Positions 37,886-46,870 are shown, counted from the stretch's first letter. The stretch is DNA of 64,000 bases from an uncultured Clostridia bacterium (GCA_934748015.1 CAKVHF010000002.1:133499-197498); one strand, 5' to 3'. The notes: a model not told the origin generated them from the sequence alone. Made by a program: numbers and translations.

Positions 37886-37920
37886 AGCCGAAAGATTAAT
37901 TCTTTCGGCTTTTTGCTTTT
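37886..37920 (+). terminator. Rho-independent terminator (right copy of the inverted hairpin pair)
   Basis: AGCCGAAAG-attaatt-CTTTCGGCT followed by TTTTGCTTTTT on the plus strand. Confidence 0.7.
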
Positions 37921-37993
37921 TAGTGACTGTTATATTGGTTTTTTTGTGTCGACTAATTTTTTTATTTTTTTTAATGTTGATTTTGCAGACTAA

Positions 37994-38239
37994 TTACTTA
38001 TTTTCTGTTTTAATTAACTTCTTGATTTCTTGTAGGTTCTCTAGCGTGAAGTCGTCACTATTAAGTTCGTTATATGCGTCCTTAAATGCTTTTTTGATTT
38101 CGTCAGTATAGTCCTTGCTACCTGCGACATCTTTCATGATTTCGGCTAGTCTAACAACTTCGTCTTTGGTTGTAAAATCTAGTTCGCCAATTATACGTTC
38201 GATGATATCAAATTTGAATACGTTACTATTTTTTGCCAT
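37994..38239 (-). CDS. Hypothetical small acidic helical protein (81 aa)
   Basis: ATG at 38239 is preceded by GGAGG plus 8 nt and overlaps the stop of the upstream ORF by 14 nt. The sequence is MAKNSNVFKFDIIERIIGELDFTTKDEVVRLAEIMKDVAG... Confidence 0.6.
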   Translation of the reverse strand: MAKNSNVFKFDIIERIIGELDFTTKDEVVRLAEIMKDVAGSKDYTDEIKKAFKDAYNELNSDDFTLENLQEIKKLIKTENK

Positions 38240-38783
38240 AATTATAACCTCCATAGGCAAGATTAAGAGATTTGGAAATATTGTCATAACAATCAACTAC
38301 AAATGCACCAAAGTCATCGTACTTTTTGCTAATAGTTGCAAAATATGTATCAATTAGTTCGTAATAATCTTTGATCTTCTTCAGAGACCCTTCTTTGACC
38401 TCTTCTGCAATATTGTAGATCAACTGCAGAATTGTATGATTACTGTTTTCAATCAAGTCAATGGCTGTGGATAAGATTTTACGCTCTTTTGGGTTCATTA
38501 CGCCATCTTTCAATTCTTCTCGCTTGTTATTGCAATAGTCTTGAAGATTGTCGATCCGCTTGTCTTTTAGGGCAGTTTTGATACGCCTAAGTGTCTGGGA
38601 GAAGTTCTCAAAGTATGTCATCTCTGTCATGCTAGTTGCACTAGCCATAAGATCCATACTGTCCTCGTATCTATCTTCTAGATACAGTCCCAGTTCGGTC
38701 TTGATTATTTGGTACATATCCGATTGAAACACATTTTTGGTCTCAATCATATCTTTGGTTTGGTAGTTGTATTTTTCGTTCAT
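38226..38783 (-). CDS. Hypothetical protein (185 aa), predicted helical, no recognisable domain
   Basis: The start was chosen at ATG 38783 (MNEKYNYQTKD), which is preceded by AAGGA plus 8 nt. The track's longer form starts at 38861. Confidence 0.6.
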   Translation of the reverse strand: MNEKYNYQTKDMIETKNVFQSDMYQIIKTELGLYLEDRYEDSMDLMASATSMTEMTYFENFSQTLRRIKTALKDKRIDNLQDYCNNKREELKDGVMNPKERKILSTAIDLIENSNHTILQLIYNIAEEVKEGSLKKIKDYYELIDTYFATISKKYDDFGAFVVDCYDNISKSLNLAYGGYNYGKK

Positions 38784-38942
38784 TATTATATCCTTCATAA
38801 GCAAGTTATTTTGGGGATAGCCTATATAGGTTTTAAGCTTTTGCTTGATGGATAATAGCAATATCTCGATGTTGTTATGTCAACCACTATATATATTTTA
38901 CACTATTATCCCACAAAATACAATAGGCAATTTTCTATTTTT

Positions 38943-41474
38943 TTAGTCTTCTTGTTGCAAAATTGCAAATAGGCTGTAATCAAATTGATTTAGCTTTACT
39001 TTTTTCTTCTTAAGGGTTCTTCTTAGCAGTGCTTCGCTATGCGACATTATCTCTCTGTATTTCTCTGATATTTCGCCAGTAAGAGGGTATTTCATAGAGA
39101 GAGTATTTTTCTTTCTAATTGTCTTAAGTGCACTTTTTTGCGTTAATTCGAAATTATGGTCGTTATTGATCTTTTCAATCTCTTCATCGGTTAGTATCAA
39201 GTTGCCCATACGTATACGCAGTTTCAAGCCCACTTGTAGTGAGTTAAGATCCCTGCCATCCTCGGTGTACTTGGTGATAAGATGCTCTACATACGCATAA
39301 GGGGTACGAAGAGATAATCCTATTGGATTTAGGTTTTCGTTTAAGTTATCTATTTGTACTTCATTTATGACTAGATCGCCCGAATTGATGCGTTTTTGAA
39401 GCCTTAATAACATCTGTGTCTTGACGTTGACATCCTCGGTCTTTAGAAGTTTGTCGATATATATTTTGGCTTTGTTGTAATTTTGAACCTCTAGTATTTT
39501 CTGTTTTTCTTTTTCTTCTTCTGGGGTCAAAATCTCTTCCTCTTCTTCCTCTGGCTCGGTCGCAGGGCTATCTTCTTTGTCCTCTTCTTCATCCGTTTCT
39601 GGAGTGACCATGTATAGCATGTCTTCTGGGATGTGATCCATGATAGAACCTGCTACTAGATTGTCAATATCTTCATTGATGCCATCCTTGATGTAGTCGG
39701 CTAGATTGATTTCATCCTCTAGATCAGGGTTGTCAGAATTGTAGTAGATATATTCGGTCAATCTAGATATCTGCTGGGTTAGGGCAAAGTGTTTGATAGT
39801 ATTAAGTGATATGTCGCCAAATTCTAGCACATTTTTATCCAATTTCATGTTGCCGCGGCTGGTTACATAGAAGTCATCCAGCAGGTCGTAAGAGGTGGTG
39901 TTTTGCCAGTTGGTTGCTAGATCCATTTGTGCCTCCAGAGGCATATTGATGATCTTGCGTTGAACGTCAATAGGAAGTATTGGTTTTAGATCTTGGGTCA
40001 CCAATATGCCGTGAAATAACTTGCAACTATCTAACTTGTCGTATAGATCGATAGACTTTAGTGTCTTGATATAGTAGAACTGTGTCATGATCCTAGTGTA
40101 TAGATCCAGTCGGTTTTTTGCCTCGATACTTTCGCTATTGTGATATATGCCCATTGCGATGTCTGATAGACGCCTTTTTACAGCATTTTTGTCATTTGGT
40201 TTATTAAATTCGTTGCTAAGGACTGTGTCTAAGAAGTCACTAATGAAATATTGTTCGGTTGCAATTATATCGTTCTGATATTGTTTTAGTAATCCATTAA
40301 CCTTGTTGTATAGGTAGATAAATGCGGTGCTTTTGATTTCCGGAAATTCCTCTTCTATTCTTTGGACAAACAGTTTTTCGGCAGAAACAACGTAGTTTTT
40401 TATTCTGTCCTTATTCTCTAGTATGCGGAAATAGTTGTTAATTTCGGGCAAATGTAGGCAGTATTCCAACTCTTTACACATTTCCATTTTGGCAAAAGTG
40501 ATTTTTGCTTTCATTAAGATATCGTTGGTGTAATTGGCACGATCAAGATCGTAGAACACACCGCTCGATTTGAAATCCTTGTAAGTAAATGATGACAAAA
40601 GTTTCATTTGGATAAAGTTGATATCATCACTGCTTGTGTCTGGATAATTATCTAGATATAGGGTTAGATAATCTTTGACAATTGTGTTGATGTTTGCATT
40701 TTTGTGCATAGCCTTGAACTTAACGAACTCGGTGCTTAATGCTCCGGGATTTTTGTTAATATAGTCTTGGGTAAAGGTCGCAATATTTAGTAGAGATGAC
40801 TTGTAACTAGGGTCGTTAAGTAGGATGTTTTGAAGAGTGTCAACTTTGACATCGTCCCGAAATATATTGTCACGATCTTGTCTAGAGTAGATTATCTTGA
40901 AGATAAAGTTCTTTTGGATCTTAGCAAGGGTGTCGTTGTCGTTATATTTTTCGGCAATTTTTTCTTTGTTATCCTTGGCTTCTTTTTCGTACATTTTGAT
41001 TTTTTCAACCAAAATGCAATCGTTGTATATTATGCCTAGCGTTAGGTTCTGGTAAGCATCAAACTTCCTTAGTTTTGCATATTTGCGGTGGATCTTTTTT
41101 TGTAAAGCAGTATTGGTGTCGCTGGCATCAAAAGTATTGGCTAGGGCGTTGCGGTATGCTTGTATATCTCGCTCCAGTAGCATAATTTTGATACGGATGA
41201 AATTAAGTCTATCAAATGCTCTATCCACATCGTCTGTGTCCGACTTGGTTCGATACAATATGTTTTTTAGCCTCATAAATCTATCTTTGGTCTTGTTGAT
41301 AAGGTGCTTATTGTATCTGACGGTTATGTATTTGGACATAAAAGGAAGACTTCGCACAGTATTTTGTGTGAAGAAGTCAAAACTTTCTTGGGTGTATACT
41401 ATTTTTTTTCTTTTGTCTAGGGTTGCACTGCATTTGTAATATGCCTGCTTATTTGCCTTCAATAGATTTTTCAT
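38943..41474 (-). CDS. Large hypothetical protein (about 843 aa) with an internal poly-acidic linker; no recognisable catalytic motif
   Basis: The ORF is uninterrupted. The first ATG (MKNLLKANKQAYYK) is at 41474; the track's TTG at 41528 has no RBS. There is no Walker A, HxH or obvious nuclease motif. The linker is TPETDEEEDKEDSPATEPEEEEEEILTPEEEKEK. Confidence 0.7.
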   Translation of the reverse strand: MKNLLKANKQAYYKCSATLDKRKKIVYTQESFDFFTQNTVRSLPFMSKYITVRYNKHLINKTKDRFMRLKNILYRTKSDTDDVDRAFDRLNFIRIKIMLLERDIQAYRNALANTFDASDTNTALQKKIHRKYAKLRKFDAYQNLTLGIIYNDCILVEKIKMYEKEAKDNKEKIAEKYNDNDTLAKIQKNFIFKIIYSRQDRDNIFRDDVKVDTLQNILLNDPSYKSSLLNIATFTQDYINKNPGALSTEFVKFKAMHKNANINTIVKDYLTLYLDNYPDTSSDDINFIQMKLLSSFTYKDFKSSGVFYDLDRANYTNDILMKAKITFAKMEMCKELEYCLHLPEINNYFRILENKDRIKNYVVSAEKLFVQRIEEEFPEIKSTAFIYLYNKVNGLLKQYQNDIIATEQYFISDFLDTVLSNEFNKPNDKNAVKRRLSDIAMGIYHNSESIEAKNRLDLYTRIMTQFYYIKTLKSIDLYDKLDSCKLFHGILVTQDLKPILPIDVQRKIINMPLEAQMDLATNWQNTTSYDLLDDFYVTSRGNMKLDKNVLEFGDISLNTIKHFALTQQISRLTEYIYYNSDNPDLEDEINLADYIKDGINEDIDNLVAGSIMDHIPEDMLYMVTPETDEEEDKEDSPATEPEEEEEEILTPEEEKEKQKILEVQNYNKAKIYIDKLLKTEDVNVKTQMLLRLQKRINSGDLVINEVQIDNLNENLNPIGLSLRTPYAYVEHLITKYTEDGRDLNSLQVGLKLRIRMGNLILTDEEIEKINNDHNFELTQKSALKTIRKKNTLSMKYPLTGEISEKYREIMSHSEALLRRTLKKKKVKLNQFDYSLFAILQQED

Positions 41475-41643
41475 ATTTGATCCATTTTTCCTTAAATTTG
41501 TACACACGCTAAGCGGTTTTGCATCCAAACTGCAAAACTAGACACTTAGACATTATACTATTTACAATAGTATTCTATCATATATCACAAAAAAAACAAA
41601 TTATATCCCAAGTATTTGTAAAGTTTTATAAATGCTAAAAAAT

Positions 41644-41675
41644 AAAAAAATATGACGATTGTCATATCTTTTTTG
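41644..41675 (-). terminator. Bidirectional terminator after the SHOCT-protein gene
   Basis: An A-tract, then ATATGAC-gatt-GTCATAT, then a T-tract. A U-tract is present in both orientations. Confidence 0.65.
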
Positions 41676-41681
41676 TTATTA

Positions 41682-42263
41682 TTATTCTTTATTCTCTAGG
41701 ATGTTGTAGATGTGTGCCATGAATTCTTCTTGGGTTATTTTGCCTTCTGCTTTTAGAATTCGCAGTTGTGCTATCTTTAGGCCTGCTTCTTGTATTGCAG
41801 GGTCTTTGATTTCACTCTCGGAGAAACCTGCTTTGGATAATGCCTTGTTGATAGACTTCTGATATGCTGTTAGTGCGATTGTGGATGCAATGTTGAATGC
41901 AAATGGGATAACTGCCAATACACCTAGTAGGCTGAAGTTCATAATTAGTTGTGCTACCGAAAATATTGGGATAATGAATAGTCCTGAAATCTCTCTAAAG
42001 CGGTCAAAATTGTATAGTGTCATATATACTCGATAGAAGTATTGGTTGGTAAAATATCCTACGCATGATGCTAGCATAATTTGGGTAGAACCGCTAAGTA
42101 GGTTAAGAAGCCCAAATCCAGCAAAACTTTGCACCTCTGCTATTACATTTACAACAAATGGGATATTGAATAATGTGCCAACAAAGGCAAAAATGCAATA
42201 CGCCATTAGAAGCAAACTAAGGATCATATTAAATCTAAAATAAATTTTCAAAAATTTTCGCAT
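41682..42263 (-). CDS. Membrane protein (4 TM) with C-terminal SHOCT-like domain
   Basis: There are four hydrophobic segments. The C-terminal LRILKAEGKITQEEFMAHIYNILE fits the SHOCT pattern (L..L...G.It.eEF...k..iL). Confidence 0.7.
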   Translation of the reverse strand: MRKFLKIYFRFNMILSLLLMAYCIFAFVGTLFNIPFVVNVIAEVQSFAGFGLLNLLSGSTQIMLASCVGYFTNQYFYRVYMTLYNFDRFREISGLFIIPIFSVAQLIMNFSLLGVLAVIPFAFNIASTIALTAYQKSINKALSKAGFSESEIKDPAIQEAGLKIAQLRILKAEGKITQEEFMAHIYNILENKE

Positions 42264-42316
42264 TTATTTGTCTTATCCTTTTACAAATACTAGTTAAAAT
42301 AGTATTTTCATCGATA

Positions 42317-42345
42317 TTTTTATCATAAATATGTTATTTTGTCAA
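42317..42345 (-). promoter_or_regulatory. Candidate promoter of the SHOCT-protein gene
   Basis: On the minus strand: TTGACA (42345-42340), a 17-nt spacer ending in TG-a, then TAAAAA (42322-42317). Confidence 0.4.
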
Positions 42346-42420
42346 GTTTTAGTGACTAGTATCATTGATGTTTGGTCAAAATGTATAGAAAATATACAAG
42401 GAATATACGCTTATGGATAG

Positions 42421-42563
42421 CGGTGCGAGGGTTTTCTTGCCAGCAGGCAATAGCGTGCTGGCAAGAAAAAAGATCCCTCGAGGGATCTCGAGGGATCGAC
42501 AGACATCTTGACCTTTTTGGGTGTTGTCCCAAAAAAATAGTCAAGATGCCTGTCCTCGCACCG
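42421..42563 (-). ncRNA. Candidate structured RNA / palindromic element, class unknown (four-way junction). The strand is inferred from the flanking minus-strand genes.
   Basis: The closing helix is CGGTGCGAGG / CCTCGCACCG. Three internal mismatch-free hairpins have stems of 13 bp, 11 bp and 9+8 bp. The element is a local GC-rich island in AT-rich DNA. Confidence 0.5.
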
Positions 42564-42565
42564 CC

Positions 42566-43618
42566 TTATACAGCAACGCCTTTGATGGTCATAATTGTAA
42601 GGAATGCCATATAAGCAATGTATATTGCAATTAGGGTAAAGCCTTGCCAACGATAAGTCCTCTGCTTAATGCATAGAGGGATCAAGAATATTGCACATGA
42701 TACAAATGCAACTGGGATACTAACAACTAGTGTCCAGAACCCTATAGGAAGTCCTTGTGAACCCGAAATAAGGGATGAAACGCCCAATATTAATGCTACA
42801 TTAAGTATATTTGCACCTACAATGTTGCCATATCCAAGGGTGCTATTTTTCTTACGAATTGCAGTAATTGTGGTAACCAGTTCTGGTAGAGATGTGCCTA
42901 TTGCGACAATTGTTAGACCAATAACGGACTCTGGGATGTGTAGGCTAGTTGCGATTGCTGTAGCGCTCTCAACCAATGCGTATGCACCCAGTCCGACCAT
43001 GAATGCACCGATGATAAATATGGTGATTAGTTTGCTATATTTTTCTTCCTTGATTGCCTCAGTCTCATTTTCTTTTGGCTCAGGAACTTTTGTTTCTTTC
43101 TTCTTATTAATATCTATCTCGACATTAACTGCGTTCTTCATATCTTTCTTGGCTTCGGTTACATTTGCTATCATAAATACTGCGAACATAACTAGTAACA
43201 TCAAGCCCTCGAACAAGTTAATTTGTCCAGCGACTTGTCCATCTTCGATGCCTATGCTAAAGACAGCACATAGAGCAATAACAAATAGAAGCATGTAGTT
43301 CTTGAAATTAGATTGTTTCTGCTTAAGTATTGTTGGCATAAACATAAGCGAAATTGCACAAATAAGGGATGTGTTGCAGATAATACTTCCTATTGCGTTG
43401 CCTATTGCTAGGTCGAAAGATCCCTTGATAGATGCGATTGAACTGACGATTAGTTCCGGTAGGGTGGTTGCAACCGATACAATGGTTGCACCGATAATCA
43501 TTGGTGGTATCTTAGACTTGGTTGCAATCTTGCTGGCTGAGTCCACAAATATGTCACCACCTTTGATAACTAGTATCAATGATACTATAAATAATGGTAT
43601 GGATATGTATAGTTCCAT
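42566..43618 (-). CDS. Ca2+/Na+ (CaCA family, YrbG-like) antiporter
   Basis: The two alpha-repeat signatures are GATIVSVATTLPELIVS...GNAIGSIICN and IVAIGTSLPELVTTITA...GNIVGANILN. A charged central loop is present. Confidence 0.9.
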   Translation of the reverse strand: MELYISIPLFIVSLILVIKGGDIFVDSASKIATKSKIPPMIIGATIVSVATTLPELIVSSIASIKGSFDLAIGNAIGSIICNTSLICAISLMFMPTILKQKQSNFKNYMLLFVIALCAVFSIGIEDGQVAGQINLFEGLMLLVMFAVFMIANVTEAKKDMKNAVNVEIDINKKKETKVPEPKENETEAIKEEKYSKLITIFIIGAFMVGLGAYALVESATAIATSLHIPESVIGLTIVAIGTSLPELVTTITAIRKKNSTLGYGNIVGANILNVALILGVSSLISGSQGLPIGFWTLVVSIPVAFVSCAIFLIPLCIKQRTYRWQGFTLIAIYIAYMAFLTIMTIKGVAV

Positions 43619-43668
43619 TTCTATCTCCTATATTTTATTTTTTTATCAAAATTTGTTGCCTAGTTATA

Positions 43669-44253
43669 TTAATCTCTAACTTCTTCGTCTAGGTATGTTG
43701 CTTGCATGTCTGCCATATGAAATAGTAGTGCTGTAGGGAAAGCGTAATATGCAGGGCCAAGACTATAACTGCCCCCTCTGATCCTAGTGTCCATAGCACC
43801 CATGTGCCAATTGATTGCCATTGCTTCCTCTCGTGTCAGTTTCATAAAACTGGATATTATATACACACTTTTTTCACCATGACCATAAGGAAGACTATCG
43901 TCTACGCTGTAATATGGCTTTTGCACCCAGTTGCCATCCACCTTAACATTGCGGTAGTCTATCTTGTAAAAGTCTACCTTGCAGATGTCGTGCAATAATC
44001 CTATAATAGTTGCACTCTCTAGCGAAATCTTGCTTTGCCAATCATCACCATATTCGCATGTTAACAATCTAATAAATCGCTTGTATGTCTTGATCGAGTG
44101 TTCGCACAATCCGCCTTCGTAGTTAGAGTGAAACTTGCTACTAGCAGGTGCTGTGAAGAAGTCGGAACTCTCTAGATATGCTAGCAGTTGGTCAGAGCCA
44201 CTACGCTTGACATTGTCGGTAAATATTTTTTTAAATTCCTCTTTTGTTGTCAT
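43669..44253 (-). CDS. HD-superfamily phosphohydrolase (YhaM-type HD domain, no OB fold)
   Basis: Motifs are APASSKFHSNYEGGLCEHS, GLLHDICK and YGHGEKS. It lies 50 nt upstream of the antiporter on the same strand, so the two probably form an operon. Confidence 0.75.
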   Translation of the reverse strand: MTTKEEFKKIFTDNVKRSGSDQLLAYLESSDFFTAPASSKFHSNYEGGLCEHSIKTYKRFIRLLTCEYGDDWQSKISLESATIIGLLHDICKVDFYKIDYRNVKVDGNWVQKPYYSVDDSLPYGHGEKSVYIISSFMKLTREEAMAINWHMGAMDTRIRGGSYSLGPAYYAFPTALLFHMADMQATYLDEEVRD

Positions 44254-44427
44254 TATTTACTCCGTTTTATTTTGTTGTCACCATAATATTGATAATTGTT
44301 TGATCTATGGTGACATTGATTACACAAAATATAATATCACAACTTGTCCATCTCTGCCTAATAAATATTTGCACTATTTCAACAATAAACTATACATAAT
44401 GTTATTTTTTGTGTAGTAAAATGTAAT

Positions 44428-45198
44428 ATGAGTACAATTATTATTTATTCTATTATCGCAGGTGTTGTTGGTACAGGTCTAGGTGGGTTAATTGGTGCAG
44501 TTGTTGGTAAGAAAAGTGACAAGATTATTAGCATAGTGTTAAGTATTGCTGGAGGTGTGATGCTTGCCGTTGTGTTCTTTGATCTTATCCCACAGTGTAC
44601 AGCATTGAGCAATAACAATATGTTGATTTTGTTGGGTCTAAGTATGGGGATACTAACCATGATTATTCTTAATGCAATTGTTGAACATTTTGACAACAAA
44701 GTCAAGGTCACAATACTTGCATTGCAACATAACAAAAATAATATAACGGATCGAAAAAAACTAAAAAGTGCAGGTATATTTTTTGCTCTGGCGATTGCTA
44801 TACACAATGTCCCAGAGGGACTTGCAATAGGTGCAAGTGGTGCTGTTAATATGTCGCTAGGACTAACTATGGCAGTGATTATATGTGTGCATAATATACC
44901 CGAAGGTATGGCAATTAGTCTGCCTCTAGTTGCGGGCAATGTAAGCAAATGGAAGGCAATCTTTGCTAGCATAGTTGCTGGTGCAATGACAATTCTTGGA
45001 GCGGTTATTGGTGTAATAATTGGCAGTGCTAACGATGATACAGTGTGCCTATCACTTGCTTTTGCGGGAGGTGCAATGCTTCAAGTTGTATTCTGTGATA
45101 TGATCCCTAGTGCGGTGCGGATGGACAAAAATAATGTGTCATATTATTGCATAATTATTGGCGTATTGTTAGGCTTTGTGATTAACTTTTTGGTGTAA
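44428..45198 (+). CDS. zupT: ZIP-family divalent metal (zinc) transporter
   Basis: HNVPEGLAIG and HNIPEGMAIS are the signature TM4/TM5 motifs. The protein has 8 hydrophobic segments. Confidence 0.85.
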   Translation: MSTIIIYSIIAGVVGTGLGGLIGAVVGKKSDKIISIVLSIAGGVMLAVVFFDLIPQCTALSNNNMLILLGLSMGILTMIILNAIVEHFDNKVKVTILALQHNKNNITDRKKLKSAGIFFALAIAIHNVPEGLAIGASGAVNMSLGLTMAVIICVHNIPEGMAISLPLVAGNVSKWKAIFASIVAGAMTILGAVIGVIIGSANDDTVCLSLAFAGGAMLQVVFCDMIPSAVRMDKNNVSYYCIIIGVLLGFVINFLV

Positions 45199-45211
45199 AA
45201 AATTAAATAAA

Positions 45212-45252
45212 AAATAACCAACAAATTATATTATTTTGTAGGTTATTTTTCT
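45212..45252 (+). terminator. Possible terminator after the ZIP gene
   Basis: AAATAACC-(21 nt)-GGTTATTT followed by TTTC. The loop is long, so this is only moderately convincing. Confidence 0.4.
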
Positions 45253-45426
45253 TATGTTCTTATTATGAAAACTATCTACTATTTAATAACACAAAAAAAT
45301 TTTTTATATTTATTTGCGTTTTTTTAACAATATACAAAAATTATAAAATTTCTATAATAAATGACACAAAAAATATATATTTTGTCAAAAAGTATATATT
45401 TTGTAACAATAAATTAAAGATAGCAA

Positions 45427-46869
45427 TTATATTGATTCGAAATATCTAACAAGATTTTTTTGTGCACTTTCGGTTTTGGCATACATTATCCATCTTATTT
45501 GTGCAATATTTTTGCAATGGCCTTCACTATCTTTTTCTAGAGTTAGATTGATCATATCCCCCTCGGACAGCCTAGTATATATTGGTTGCTTAGTTGGGTT
45601 GTTGTTGATTATTGCGTACTTGACGCTAAAGCCAAAATCTTTGTGAATTTTGAATGCAAAATCGAGCACTGTTGCACCTTCTGGCAACACTATTGGCTCT
45701 CCCGATCTAGTATTGACTGTGATGTAATTATTGCTTACTTCGTCTGATGCATCGTCTAGGAAATTTAGATCTATTCCGGCACTAGTTCCGTTACGATAAG
45801 TTAGATAATCTTTCAGGTTAAACACAAATAATTGGAACTTGTTTCGGTGCATATCGGTTATTACTATGTAGTTGCGATTAGTAAATTTTTCTATGCCGTA
45901 TCCGGTGATTTTTACTCCCAATTGTTTTTGTTCAACAGCAAGAAATTTGAAGATAAAATCATTGATTTCTTTTTGGCTGGAAGTGCTGTTTATGGTTATG
46001 TATAACTTAGTGATTGGAAACTTATTTAGATAACTTTGTTTGATGTCTTTTAAGTTCTTGGTGTACATAACTTCGCTTATTAGGTCAAAGGTTTCTAGTT
46101 CGGTGCAAGGCTTAATTGATACCTTGTGCAGGTCGTTATTTTTCTTGCCTTTCTTAAGATATCTTGTTAATGCGTTAGTGAAATTGGATGTTAGTTCGTT
46201 GAAATTTTTTCGATTGTAATTGAAGAATTTTGTGTATATTTTTTCAAAACCAACCATCTCATCTGCATGCAATATTTTGAAGCACTCGTTGGATATCTGA
46301 CGATAGAACCAGAATGATTTTAATATATGTATTATTGGCATTAGCCACTTTTCTGTTTCTTTGATTTTGGCAAGTTGCTTGTATCTGGCAAAGCATCCAA
46401 TAGTCTGGAGGTTGTTAAGTCTATCAGCAAATTTGATATAGAAAGCAAATAAGTTTTCTTTGCCTATAGTGATTAACTTTTTGTAAGTCTGTGACTCTTC
46501 GATAAATTTTGGGAAATCGTCTTCGCTGTATTTATTGAAGTCAAGTTCGATTGCGGTTACTGCGTCAACTATTTTTGCAATGGTTGGGTTGAAATCTTTT
46601 TTCATTTCTTCAATCGTGTATCCGCAGTCTTCTACTGTATCATGCAGTAGTCCTGCACATAGCACGTTGATATCGAAGTCTAGTCTGTTAAGGATCTCGG
46701 CTACTTGGACAGGGTGCAGTATGTATGGCTGACCACCTTTTCGCACTTGTCCGTCATGCAATCTTTTGGCAAAGTCATATGCTTTGACAAATAATCCTAT
46801 ATCTACACTTTGTTTTCGTTTTAGATCTTGGACGATTTTGTTGTATATTTCTTCGTAAGTAATTTCCAT
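45427..46869 (-). CDS. Truncated RelA/SpoT homologue: intact HD (ppGpp-hydrolase-type) domain, degenerate synthetase-like middle region, TGS domain, no ZFD/ACT
   Basis: HD motifs are RKGGQPYILHPVQVAEIL, AGLLHDTVEDCGYT and IKFADRLNNLQT. The TGS-like region is ITVNTRSGEPIVLPEGATVLDFAFKIH. The middle region lacks the RxKxxxSI, DxxGxR, YxSxH and EVQIRT motifs. RBS AGGAG lies 6 nt upstream of the ATG. Confidence 0.8.
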   Translation of the reverse strand: MEITYEEIYNKIVQDLKRKQSVDIGLFVKAYDFAKRLHDGQVRKGGQPYILHPVQVAEILNRLDFDINVLCAGLLHDTVEDCGYTIEEMKKDFNPTIAKIVDAVTAIELDFNKYSEDDFPKFIEESQTYKKLITIGKENLFAFYIKFADRLNNLQTIGCFARYKQLAKIKETEKWLMPIIHILKSFWFYRQISNECFKILHADEMVGFEKIYTKFFNYNRKNFNELTSNFTNALTRYLKKGKKNNDLHKVSIKPCTELETFDLISEVMYTKNLKDIKQSYLNKFPITKLYITINSTSSQKEINDFIFKFLAVEQKQLGVKITGYGIEKFTNRNYIVITDMHRNKFQLFVFNLKDYLTYRNGTSAGIDLNFLDDASDEVSNNYITVNTRSGEPIVLPEGATVLDFAFKIHKDFGFSVKYAIINNNPTKQPIYTRLSEGDMINLTLEKDSEGHCKNIAQIRWIMYAKTESAQKNLVRYFESI

Positions 46870-46870
46870 A

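Noticed and set aside
37923-38357. Plus-strand ORFs 37923-38111 and 38115-38357, opposite the small minus-strand genes.
   Set aside because: They are L/F/S/I-rich hydrophobic mirror frames without an RBS. The minus-strand ORFs have GGAGG/AAGGA sites, balanced composition and coupled overlap.
42362-42650. Three overlapping ORFs in the track (42362-42544 minus, 42372-42614 plus, 42411-42650 minus) across the GC-rich element.
   Set aside because: They overlap one another on both strands and lack RBS and start context. They exist only because the GC-rich palindromic sequence is free of stop codons. The region is better explained as a structured or palindromic element.
42669-43679. Two plus-strand ORFs (209 and 125 aa) antisense to the CaCA antiporter; likewise 44445-44972 antisense to the ZIP gene and 17294-17740 antisense to the FtsX domain.
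   Set aside because: The opposite-strand products carry clear family signatures (GxSxPE alpha-repeats, HNxPEG, FtsX TMs). These antisense frames are artefacts.
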